Virus record (IMG/VR): IMGVR_UViG_3300032320_002211
Coordinates: 1 to 30,074 of that record
Length of the DNA: 30,074 nt
Reading direction: 5' to 3' (one strand)
Source: a virus
Lineage: Duplodnaviria; Caudoviricetes
Each line of letters opens with the position of its first letter. Positions within the stretch are counted from its first letter, which is position 1. The notes under the pieces were generated by a model. That model worked only from the letters and a program-made list of their open reading frames with translations, ran no database searches and was not told the DNA's origin. This document shows positions 21,835 to 28,555 of this stretch, piece after piece. A program made the position numbers and the translations under genes.

Positions 21835-23724
21835 TTACTTTCTTGTTAAATTCCCGTTTGAATAACTTGATGTATAGTAATCCCTAGAAAATACCGTTCC
21901 CGATATTTCATCACCAGAAGCAATTACGTCTCTTACCATATTTATTGTGCTTTCTGAAATACTAAAATTTAAATATAAATCTTTCAATCCTACAACATCA
22001 TTTGATTCTGGATATGCTTGAATTTCAATAATATCATTTGTTAATGATGTTGAAGTTATATTTAATGTTGTGAGTTTAACTTCCCCCTTTAAATAATCAA
22101 CTGTTCCTATAGACTTCACAATAACTTTTGTTGTACCATCACTCATAGGTTTTACTACTGATATAATTCCGGTTTTTCCGTCTGAATTGGGAACATCCGT
22201 TAGATACACTGTATCAGTTTCATTTGAAATTTTAAATCCAGTGGATTTGATATTATATCCAGAAGAATTGACATGAAACTTATTTCCAAAACATAATTCA
22301 TATTGAGCAAATTGATTTGTAAGTGCTTTCAAATCTCTTCTAATTCTTACTTTAGTAATATTGGATGTTATGGCAGTATCAGTATTATCAATAATTTGTT
22401 GAACTTTACTATACTTAAATCTTCCACCAAACTTGTTAATGTCCAAAGAATTTGAATATTCTGTTAATGAGTTTGTTACTTTTGCTTTTAATGATTCTAC
22501 TGCCGAAACTTGAGAATAATTATAGTAGATTGAAGAATCAATCTCCACATATAACATCTTAATATCAATTATTTTCTGATTGATTCCAGAAATACTATAT
22601 TGTTTTAATTGGTTTTTAATTTGTTGCTTATTAAAATCTGAAACATAAGTTCCATTCTTTGGTTTAATACTAATAGATACCGTTCCAAACTCTGGAGGAT
22701 CTAACTCTTCACCTCCAACAATAGCAACGGACTCTGTATCTGGATAAATCTTTTTAATAATTGCCTCATAATCACGTGCTGTTACTGCCCTATACTGTGA
22801 TGAATAAATTCTTGGTGCAAAATACTTAATTGAATCTACGGATTCAATATCAGAACCATTTTGAGATGGTTGATTTGTGGTAATTACTATATTTCCAAGA
22901 CTGGGCAATCCATTATTTGCATCCCTAATGCTACCTGAGAATGAAAAAACCGATGCACCATTACCATCTTTACCATCGGTGACAATATAAGTAACTGTAA
23001 TTACCGAATTATTTTCCAGTTTCTTACCAATATACCCATCACCAAAGAGCAATTCATATTTTTCATCCTGAACTTCCTGTATGAGATATATTTGTGATGT
23101 GGCATTCACATTAAGAATATTATCAACTAAAGAATATTTAACTCCAAGTCCACTATCGTTGACTCCTTTCACATAAACTGAAATTGTAGATGTGTCGATA
23201 TAAGAATTATTCAATATAAATCTTTGATCTAATGACCCATCAACAGTAAATTGTTTTGTTAAAAATGTTCCTTGGTAAACATCGATTTGATTAAAAGATG
23301 CAGTACCATTAACAACATTTGCCGAGATATTGTCTGGAATTGAAAAAGTATATGATGAGTTATCAACCGTTCCTACACACACTAGACCTGCCTGTAGGGT
23401 TACTGTTGAAGTATTAGCACCAATTAATGTATCAAAAGATATCTGTGCCTTTGGTGCCGTTCTGGAACGGGGCACATATCCAATATTTCTTGCTAATGAA
23501 ACAACATTTTCTCTTAAAGTTGCAGAATCCAAGAAGGATTCATTCACAATCATATTAGAGTTGAAGGCAGTAATATATGTGTTATATGCTAAAGTATCAA
23601 TTAATACTGAAAAATTAGATCCTTCAAAATCAAAATCCGTGAATGTAGAGTTGGCACGGAGATAATCCTTGATAGAAGTCTTTATCTGATCAAAATCTAG
23701 ATTTGTAAATTTAGTGAAAGGCAT
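21835..23724 (-). CDS. gp6: Baseplate wedge subunit gp6 (629 aa)
   Basis: LDFDQIK...FTDFDFEGSN.SVLID.LAYNT...ESFLDSATLRENVVSLA..IGYVPRS and RAVTARDY. Confidence 0.96.
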   Translation of the reverse strand: MPFTKFTNLDFDQIKTSIKDYLRANSTFTDFDFEGSNFSVLIDTLAYNTYITAFNSNMIVNESFLDSATLRENVVSLARNIGYVPRSRTAPKAQISFDTLIGANTSTVTLQAGLVCVGTVDNSSYTFSIPDNISANVVNGTASFNQIDVYQGTFLTKQFTVDGSLDQRFILNNSYIDTSTISVYVKGVNDSGLGVKYSLVDNILNVNATSQIYLIQEVQDEKYELLFGDGYIGKKLENNSVITVTYIVTDGKDGNGASVFSFSGSIRDANNGLPSLGNIVITTNQPSQNGSDIESVDSIKYFAPRIYSSQYRAVTARDYEAIIKKIYPDTESVAIVGGEELDPPEFGTVSISIKPKNGTYVSDFNKQQIKNQLKQYSISGINQKIIDIKMLYVEIDSSIYYNYSQVSAVESLKAKVTNSLTEYSNSLDINKFGGRFKYSKVQQIIDNTDTAITSNITKVRIRRDLKALTNQFAQYELCFGNKFHVNSSGYNIKSTGFKISNETDTVYLTDVPNSDGKTGIISVVKPMSDGTTKVIVKSIGTVDYLKGEVKLTTLNITSTSLTNDIIEIQAYPESNDVVGLKDLYLNFSISESTINMVRDVIASGDEISGTVFSRDYYTSSYSNGNLTRK

Positions 23725-23725
23725 T

Positions 23726-24127
23726 TTATCTTGTTGCCTCTAATAGGAATGAATATTCTTGAGTTGGAAATTCTTGGCCAATGATATCAAAAATTACATT
23801 TACATTAAATGTATTTTGATCAGGAACAGGATCTACTTCGACTACAACATTAGTAACTCTTGGTTCAAAGTTATTAATTGAAATTTCAATTTGATTTTGA
23901 ATGACTGATGCAGTACCAAAATCAACAAATTCAAATAAACTTCTTTCAATATCAGACCCCAATAATGAATTGAAGAATCTTTCAGTTGGAATAGTTTCTA
24001 CAATATTTCTTACAGATCTGCGAATTGCATTCTCGTTCTTCAATATTGGTAGATCCTTTGTCACTGGATGTGGTTCAAAGGATAAACTGATATCTTTAAA
24101 TGATCTGGATATCCTTTGAATTGCCAT
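23726..24127 (-). CDS. gp25: Baseplate wedge subunit gp25 (133 aa)
   Basis: FKDISLSF..HPVTKD...AIRRSVRNIV.T..TER.F...G...LFE...FEPRV; GPW/gp25 family. Confidence 0.95.
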   Translation of the reverse strand: MAIQRISRSFKDISLSFEPHPVTKDLPILKNENAIRRSVRNIVETIPTERFFNSLLGSDIERSLFEFVDFGTASVIQNQIEISINNFEPRVTNVVVEVDPVPDQNTFNVNVIFDIIGQEFPTQEYSFLLEATR

Positions 24128-24145
24128 CGAATAAAGTTTTTTATT

Positions 24146-24153
24146 TATTTATA
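24146..24153 (-). promoter_or_regulatory. T4-type late promoter TATAAATA upstream of gp25
   Basis: Exact consensus ~19 nt upstream of the ATG at 24127. Confidence 0.87.
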
Positions 24154-24154
24154 T

Positions 24155-24397
24155 CTACTTCCATGAAGAACCATATGTTGGTTCTGTACCATATTCCCAA
24201 TCATCATAGTCATTATCATTACGAATTTTTTCGTGCAATTCAACCTGTTTTGAGAAATCGTGCTTTGGTGCAATATCGTGCATAACCTCTTGGATTACTC
24301 TTTTTTGTGATTGAGAGTTATAATCAGTAATTAATTGCGATGTTCCCCACATTTCTCTCATATAATTTGAATCTCTATCTACTGGCAAGTTGGACAT
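24155..24397 (-). CDS. Conserved cyanophage hypothetical protein (80 aa)
   Basis: AGGAG SD upstream. YMREMWGT..LITDY motif and acidic/aromatic tail, a type commonly seen just before gp25. Confidence 0.8.
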   Translation of the reverse strand: MSNLPVDRDSNYMREMWGTSQLITDYNSQSQKRVIQEVMHDIAPKHDFSKQVELHEKIRNDNDYDDWEYGTEPTYGSSWK

Positions 24398-24401
24398 TTT
24401 T

Positions 24402-24456
24402 AGCTCCTGTTTTAGTGAATAAAACAGAACTTTTATGAAGGAGGTTGCTATCTCCT
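24402..24456 (-). promoter_or_regulatory. Two-hairpin structured leader covering the SD of the 80-aa ORF
   Basis: Minus strand AGGAG-ATAGCAAC-CTCCT (24456-24439), then CTGTTTTA-TTCAC-TAAAACAG (24427-24407) running into the SD AGGAG. Confidence 0.55.
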
Positions 24457-24464
24457 ATTCCTAT

Positions 24465-24806
24465 TTAACGATTTACTTCCCGAAGAGAATAATTATCAGA
24501 ATTTAAATATTTTAATAACTCTATTGCTATTAATTTTGGATTTCCTTCACCACATGTATAAACATCTATTGCTAGACAACCTTCCTCTGGCCATGTATGA
24601 CACGATACATGACTCTCAGAGAGTGCAATGACTATTGTACACCCTTGTGGTATAAAGCAGTGCCGGAAGACGTTTAGAATAGTCATTCCTGCTCGTTTAA
24701 TTCCACCAACCATTACCTCTTCAATTGCCACTGCATCATTAATGAGATCGTATTTAACATCATACACCTCTAATAATAGGTGCCTGCCCATTGAAAATTT
24801 TTCCAA
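24465..24806 (-). CDS. speD: S-adenosylmethionine decarboxylase proenzyme
   Basis: GRHLL...F.PQG.T....LSESH.S.HTWPE.G..AIDVYTCG with the E-S-H self-cleavage/pyruvoyl site. Real start is TTG 24806 or ATG 24791, not 24914. Confidence 0.93.
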   Translation of the reverse strand: MEKFSMGRHLLLEVYDVKYDLINDAVAIEEVMVGGIKRAGMTILNVFRHCFIPQGCTIVIALSESHVSCHTWPEEGCLAIDVYTCGEGNPKLIAIELLKYLNSDNYSLREVNR

Positions 24807-24831
24807 TTCAATAATAGTTTTAGTAAAAAAA

Positions 24832-24838
24832 TATTTAT
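24832..24838 (-). promoter_or_regulatory. Late-promoter-like ATAAATA upstream of speD
   Basis: 7/8 match to TATAAATA, overlapping the stop of the upstream ORF, ~26 nt before the TTG. Confidence 0.5.
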
Positions 24839-25434
24839 TTGATAAAAAAACCTTTTCTATAATAGTCAATATCTTCAACAAACTTAAAATCTTTATATTC
24901 ATTGAAATTTTCATCTTTCCAAACTGGAATTGCTATAGTATTTTCATATCTAAAGTCAGGATTTTGACGAAAATGAACCTCAATTAATTTCCCATCAATA
25001 AATTCGCAGTTGATCCATTCATAATTTCCTTTTAATTTTGATAAGATTGAGGGAAATTTAATTTTTTTATCTATTTTTTCCCATTTTCTCCATTTATAAA
25101 GAGGATCTTCACTTTCTTTTTCTCCTCTAACTACTAATTCTGACTCTCCATTTTTAAAATCAACACTTAAATGTTCTCCATCAAAGACTTCGCACCAAAA
25201 TTCTGATGGATGAAATCTATCTGTTGATTTACAAATGTATTCTACACGAGCAAAACGTCCCATACCGAGTAAATTAAGTGATGGACGGATAATATAAAAA
25301 TCGGGTTTGGGAACTGTGACTCCAATAGGACCACAAGTATAACCCAAAACCCGACTTAAAAATAATTTATTGTAAATCCATAGATCGTCTTGATGAATAT
25401 TTTCCCACTCATCATTCCCATCTAAATGATACAT
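24835..25434 (-). CDS. Putative ATP-grasp-fold protein (199 aa)
   Basis: YIIRP..NLLGMG (KP..G.G-like loop), FWCEVFDGEHLSVD (xEfi.G.e.svD-like), INCEF...KLIEVHFR (E-x-N-x-R-like). Confidence 0.6.
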   Translation of the reverse strand: MYHLDGNDEWENIHQDDLWIYNKLFLSRVLGYTCGPIGVTVPKPDFYIIRPSLNLLGMGRFARVEYICKSTDRFHPSEFWCEVFDGEHLSVDFKNGESELVVRGEKESEDPLYKWRKWEKIDKKIKFPSILSKLKGNYEWINCEFIDGKLIEVHFRQNPDFRYENTIAIPVWKDENFNEYKDFKFVEDIDYYRKGFFIK

Positions 25435-25577
25435 TATCTCCCCTGCCCTCGGTATCTTTTACGAGCTGAGTTACGAGAACTCGCAGCATACTTGGTATGA
25501 GCACCGGTCCCTTGACGAGACTTCTTGGGTTTTGCTTCAATAACAACCTTACCATTCAGTGAGGGACGCTTAGCCAT
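25434..25577 (-). CDS. Small highly basic protein (47 aa)
   Basis: Not in ORF track. MAKRPSLNGKVVIEAKPKKSRQGTGAHTKYAASSRNSARKRYRGQGR. GGAG SD; overlaps both neighbours. Confidence 0.85.
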   Translation of the reverse strand: MAKRPSLNGKVVIEAKPKKSRQGTGAHTKYAASSRNSARKRYRGQGR

Positions 25578-25749
25578 TAGTTTTCTCCATAATAGTAGTC
25601 AAAATTTCAGTTTCAAGATCTTGTGGATTTGGAGAACCTGTCTGATAGAATTCTAATGACAGATCCTCCATCACATCAAAGTATTCTTCTTCTGTGAGAT
25701 GTGAATAAATTCTTCTCCCTTTACAAAGAATATTGTATGCTCCTGCCAT
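25570..25749 (-). CDS. Small acidic hypothetical protein (59 aa)
   Basis: Not in ORF track. MAGAYNILCKGRRIYSHLTEEEYFDVMEDLSLEFYQTGSPNPQDLETEILTTIMEKTNG. Fills the gap between the GT and the basic peptide. Confidence 0.8.
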   Translation of the reverse strand: MAGAYNILCKGRRIYSHLTEEEYFDVMEDLSLEFYQTGSPNPQDLETEILTTIMEKTNG

Positions 25750-25753
25750 TGTA

Positions 25754-26512
25754 TCAGATCACTCTTGTTTTTTCGTGACCGACTCTAATACGAGGGTCGC
25801 ACCAGATCTCAAAACCTGCTGCAATTGCATCGAGACAGAATGATACATCTTCTCCACACATATCCTGAACATCTCCAGAATCAAAGACTTGCATCTTCGG
25901 TGCGAACCAAGGATACTTAATACCATCATCTTCAAATACACCGTGCTTAATCAGTACCCAACCAAATCCCGTATAATCAACGGTGAATGGTTTACGACGC
26001 TTCGAGATACTGTCAACGGTTTCGTGATTCATAACTCCACCATTATTGCGGAAGTCATCCTCTTCTAACCAGTGTGCAACAGAAGTCGTGTGCCCGTCCT
26101 CAGTGGCATACCAACCAGCGGCAATATCTTTTTCCATCAAAACCAATTGATAAAACTTTTCGGTATTGAAAACAATATCCGAGTCAATCCAAAGTTGCCA
26201 ATCATACTTGAGTTTTCCGTCCCAGGGAATCTGATCAGGTCCTCGCAGTACATTCGCACCTAAACATTTGCATCTTGCAAAGTTTACCATTGATGAATAG
26301 TCTTGCGAGATTTGAATGCTTGCTCCTGACTGTACTAAGTCGAAACAAAGTTGTACAAAACTCTTCAAGTAGGTATAAGAAACTCCCCTACCAGGAAGAC
26401 AAAAGACAATCGACTTGCCTCTTACAAGTTCTCGTGCTTTTTCATAGTCCCATTCTAGTTCTGTTGAGGGCTTTTCTGGAGCCTTTGCTTTTACTGTAAA
26501 TCCTTTAGCCAT
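25754..26512 (-). CDS. GT-A fold glycosyltransferase-like protein (252 aa)
   Basis: WQLWIDSDIVF (DxD), TGFGWVLIK..VFE, GEDVSFC, RVGHEK. Confidence 0.85.
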   Translation of the reverse strand: MAKGFTVKAKAPEKPSTELEWDYEKARELVRGKSIVFCLPGRGVSYTYLKSFVQLCFDLVQSGASIQISQDYSSMVNFARCKCLGANVLRGPDQIPWDGKLKYDWQLWIDSDIVFNTEKFYQLVLMEKDIAAGWYATEDGHTTSVAHWLEEDDFRNNGGVMNHETVDSISKRRKPFTVDYTGFGWVLIKHGVFEDDGIKYPWFAPKMQVFDSGDVQDMCGEDVSFCLDAIAAGFEIWCDPRIRVGHEKTRVI

Positions 26513-26534
26513 AATTTCAAGTGATTACTTAAGT

Positions 26535-26563
26535 ATCATACATCATTATCTATGCTCTGTCAA
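26535..26563 (-). promoter_or_regulatory. Sigma70-type promoter TTGACA-N17-TATGAT
   Basis: -35 at 26563-26558, -10 at 26540-26535, 17-nt spacer, just upstream of the GT gene. Confidence 0.85.
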
Positions 26564-26736
26564 TCTTCCCCCTTTTCGGATAATACTAAGTCGGTTCCCT
26601 CTAATGAAAGGTTTATCTCACTATCTTCGTACCAAGAAAGTTCATTCACAATCCATTCGGGAATTACAATGTAATACTCACCACTAATCGGATCGACTTG
26701 TAGTGCCTCAGAATTTTTGCCGGAATTTTTTTTCAT
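26560..26736 (-). CDS. AbrB/MazE/SpoVT-like small DNA-binding protein (58 aa)
   Basis: Not in ORF track. MKKNSGKNSEALQVDPISGEYYIVIPEWIVNELSWYEDSEINLSLEGTDLVLSEKGED shows the swapped-hairpin pattern G...I.IP..I...L.W..D..I.L..EG..LVL. Confidence 0.72.
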   Translation of the reverse strand: MKKNSGKNSEALQVDPISGEYYIVIPEWIVNELSWYEDSEINLSLEGTDLVLSEKGED

Positions 26737-26800
26737 TTTAAGTCTTATAATTTACCTTTTTCAGAATTATATAGTCTCGGCAATTTTTTGAGGTGATCGA

Positions 26801-26808
26801 TATTTATA
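26801..26808 (-). promoter_or_regulatory. T4-type late promoter TATAAATA
   Basis: Exact consensus upstream of the AbrB-like gene. A TATAAT also lies at 26771-26766. Confidence 0.65.
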
Positions 26809-26928
26809 GGTCGATTTGGGTCAGTTGTAGGTTAGGGTAGTTATGGATTTTTATATACGGGGCACCGGGGGGCAACGACCGCATAACGGGCAACTGCTGA
26901 TTCACGAACGAATAGGGCACATAGCACG

Positions 26929-26954
26929 AACCCCCCACCCGTGAGGGCAGGGGG
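26929..26954 (-). terminator. GC-rich hairpin closing the early cassette block
   Basis: CCCCCUGCCC-UCAC-GGGUGGGGGG then UUCGU, 12 nt after the stop at 26966. Near-identical hairpin at 27911-27934. U-tail is weak. Confidence 0.55.
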
Positions 26955-26965
26955 CAGGGAGTGCA

Positions 26966-27232
26966 TCAGGCAGGGAACGAACGACGACCTGCTTCGGGGT
27001 TGCAATAGTAACGGGGTCCGGGACCAGACCATCCCTGCCATGAGGTGTGCAGGTCTGCCAACTCAGCAGCAAGCAACCCATCATCCTGCCATCCACGGGT
27101 ATGAGAGTTTGCCTGACCTTTGCCCGGTGCAATCAATTCGTCTCCGTTCCACGTGGGAAGGTTGCTCACCTTGGTTCCCACCCATACGGTCTGACGGGTT
27201 GCGAGGTCGGATGCTTGGTTGTAGAGTGCCAT
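26966..27232 (-). CDS. Hypothetical early protein (88 aa, MALYNQASDL...)
   Basis: ATG follows the repeated leader ACCAAACGACCCAACCCG and a TGn-TACAAT promoter. Start re-assigned from 27343. Confidence 0.7.
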   Translation of the reverse strand: MALYNQASDLATRQTVWVGTKVSNLPTWNGDELIAPGKGQANSHTRGWQDDGLLAAELADLHTSWQGWSGPGPRYYCNPEAGRRSFPA

Positions 27233-27278
27233 CGGGTTGGGTCGTTTGGTACGGGTTAATTGTAGCACGGATGGGGGG
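27230..27278 (-). repeat. Promoter-leader repeat, copy 1
   Basis: CCCCCCATCCGTGCTACAATTAACCCGTACCAAACGACCCAACCCGATG; 17 bp (27253-27269) identical to 27572-27588. Confidence 0.9.
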
Positions 27279-27285
27279 CAAACCC

Positions 27286-27549
27286 CTAGAGGTCTGCCAG
27301 CAGTTCGTTCAGTGCATCGGCATCGATAGCAGGATCGTTCCACTTCACCCCATCACGGGTCTGCCCCAGCATCCGTCCGATCTGACCATCAGTCATACAA
27401 CGGACAAACTTATCCCAGGGGGTCTCATTGGTGCCGCAGTACTCAACACATGCGATAGCAGTGTTGTAGAGGAACTCATCATTGTTGATCCAAAGAGCAA
27501 CATTCCAGGTTTGGTAGTTTGCCCATCCATTGTAGGTGTTGCTGCTCAT
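27286..27549 (-). CDS. Conserved phage hypothetical protein (87 aa, YNGWxNYxTWNVALW family)
   Basis: Recognisable YNGWANYQTWNVALWINND motif. ATG at 27549 follows the repeated leader. Confidence 0.85.
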   Translation of the reverse strand: MSSNTYNGWANYQTWNVALWINNDEFLYNTAIACVEYCGTNETPWDKFVRCMTDGQIGRMLGQTRDGVKWNDPAIDADALNELLADL

Positions 27550-27597
27550 CGGGTTCGGTGTCGTTTGGTTTGGGTTAATTGTAGCACGTCGGGGGGG
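27543..27597 (-). repeat. Promoter-leader repeat, copy 2
   Basis: CCCCCCCGACGTGCTACAATTAACCCAAACCAAACGACACCGAACCCGATGAGCA; 28 bp (27543-27570) identical to 27863-27890. Confidence 0.9.
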
Positions 27598-27602
27598 CAG
27601 GA

Positions 27603-27869
27603 TCACCCGTAGTGATTCTCCAAGATTTGCCCGATTGCCTTAGTCTCAGTCCACCAGTCTGCATCGGGCATCGAAACATCCGAGGACATCCACAAGGGCA
27701 CGGGGAATCCGATCTGATCGATCAGGCAGGCAGCAACCTCATTCATAGTGGAGGACCGATCAGAACCAGGCACATTGGTTTCCAGATCTACAGCACGGAA
27801 GAACAGGGCATCATAGAGAGCAGTTTGCTGCTCCGGGGTCAGGGTGACGGTGACGGTGATGTTGCTCAT
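27603..27869 (-). CDS. Hypothetical early protein (88 aa, MSNITVTVTLTPEQQ...)
   Basis: ATG follows the repeated leader and a TAGGAT -10. Start re-assigned from 27977. Confidence 0.75.
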   Translation of the reverse strand: MSNITVTVTLTPEQQTALYDALFFRAVDLETNVPGSDRSSTMNEVAACLIDQIGFPVPLWMSSDVSMPDADWWTETKAIGQILENHYG

Positions 27870-27955
27870 CGGGTTCGGTGTCGTTTGGTTCTTCCTTATC
27901 CTACAGGCAACCCCCCACCGAATCCGGCAGGGGGTGGACACTTGCTCAACTGTCC
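27863..27955 (-). promoter_or_regulatory. Early promoter module: GGACA-N10-TGTCCAC box + GC hairpin + TAGGAT + repeated leader (copy 3)
   Basis: Box 27955-27934, hairpin 27934-27911, -10 at 27903-27898, leader 27890-27863. Confidence 0.8.
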
Positions 27956-28062
27956 TGCTCTGCCCCCTGGTTGTCATCAGATGCGATAGATTCCAGGATG
28001 CTCAGCAATTCATTACCATTGCTGGCACGATTGAGCAGGGAAGATGCAATTTCAAAGGTCAT
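27946..28062 (-). CDS. Small hypothetical protein (38 aa)
   Basis: Not in ORF track. MTFEIASSLLNRASNGNELLSILESIASDDNQGAEQDS. Amphipathic helices; stop lies inside the palindromic box like its neighbours. Confidence 0.7.
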   Translation of the reverse strand: MTFEIASSLLNRASNGNELLSILESIASDDNQGAEQDS

Positions 28063-28127
28063 GATTAAATGTTAATTAGTGTGGTTTGAGTGAGTGTCTT
28101 TGAGGCGCATCTCATTCCGTTGGGAGT

Positions 28128-28469
28128 CTATGCCAGACGCATAGAGGAGAAGAAGGGAACAGTTGCAATACCGTTGCCAGTCTTAAGATTAACAAACCAA
28201 GTCCACTGCTTTTGGAATACACATTCACCAGGCAATCCGTGTGCCTGAAGAATAGCATTGAGACGGGACTTGGTGGTGGTACCACCGGTGGTGGTAGATT
28301 GGAACCCACCATCAAACAACCTCACAAAGTTATCACCCACCTCAGCAATCTTATTCCCGTGAAGGAATACAAAACTCACACCGTCAATGTTAGTGACTTC
28401 AGTGTTCTTCAGTTTCCAATCAACTTTGTTGGTGATGGCAGCATTCATTTGGGATTCGATCTTGCGCAT
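28128..28469 (-). CDS. Conserved cyanophage early hypothetical protein (113 aa, MRKIE...TTKSRLNA family)
   Basis: MRKIESQM..AI, VFLHGNKIA, DGG.QS.TTKSRLNAIL, VFQK.W.WFV. GGAG SD and own promoter. Confidence 0.88.
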   Translation of the reverse strand: MRKIESQMNAAITNKVDWKLKNTEVTNIDGVSFVFLHGNKIAEVGDNFVRLFDGGFQSTTTGGTTTKSRLNAILQAHGLPGECVFQKQWTWFVNLKTGNGIATVPFFSSMRLA

Positions 28470-28496
28470 GAGGTGCTCCGTTTGGTTGACTTGTGA

Positions 28497-28555
28497 ATTG
28501 TAGACGGTCAGGGGGTGCCCTTTGGGGGGCAGTGTGCCACCTTGTCAGTTGGCAC
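28497..28555 (-). promoter_or_regulatory. Early promoter module: GTGCCA-N10-TGGCAC box + TACAAT
   Basis: Box 28555-28534, -10 at 28502-28497. Confidence 0.8.

Noticed and set aside
24807-24914. N-terminal extension of speD given by the ORF track (likewise starts at 27343, 27606, 27977, 29760)
   Set aside because: The extensions overlap upstream genes or promoters. Family motifs and leaders indicate downstream starts.
484-24987. Plus-strand ORFs (e.g. 3594-3956, 23330-23665, 24628-24987) and nested minus-strand ORFs (3193-3405, 18674-18871)
   Set aside because: Antisense or off-frame shadows of well-supported genes, with no motifs or expression signals.
27230-27890. CRISPR array
   Set aside because: The repeats are ~320 bp apart, contain promoters and start codons, and the intervals are ORFs. 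No cas genes are present.
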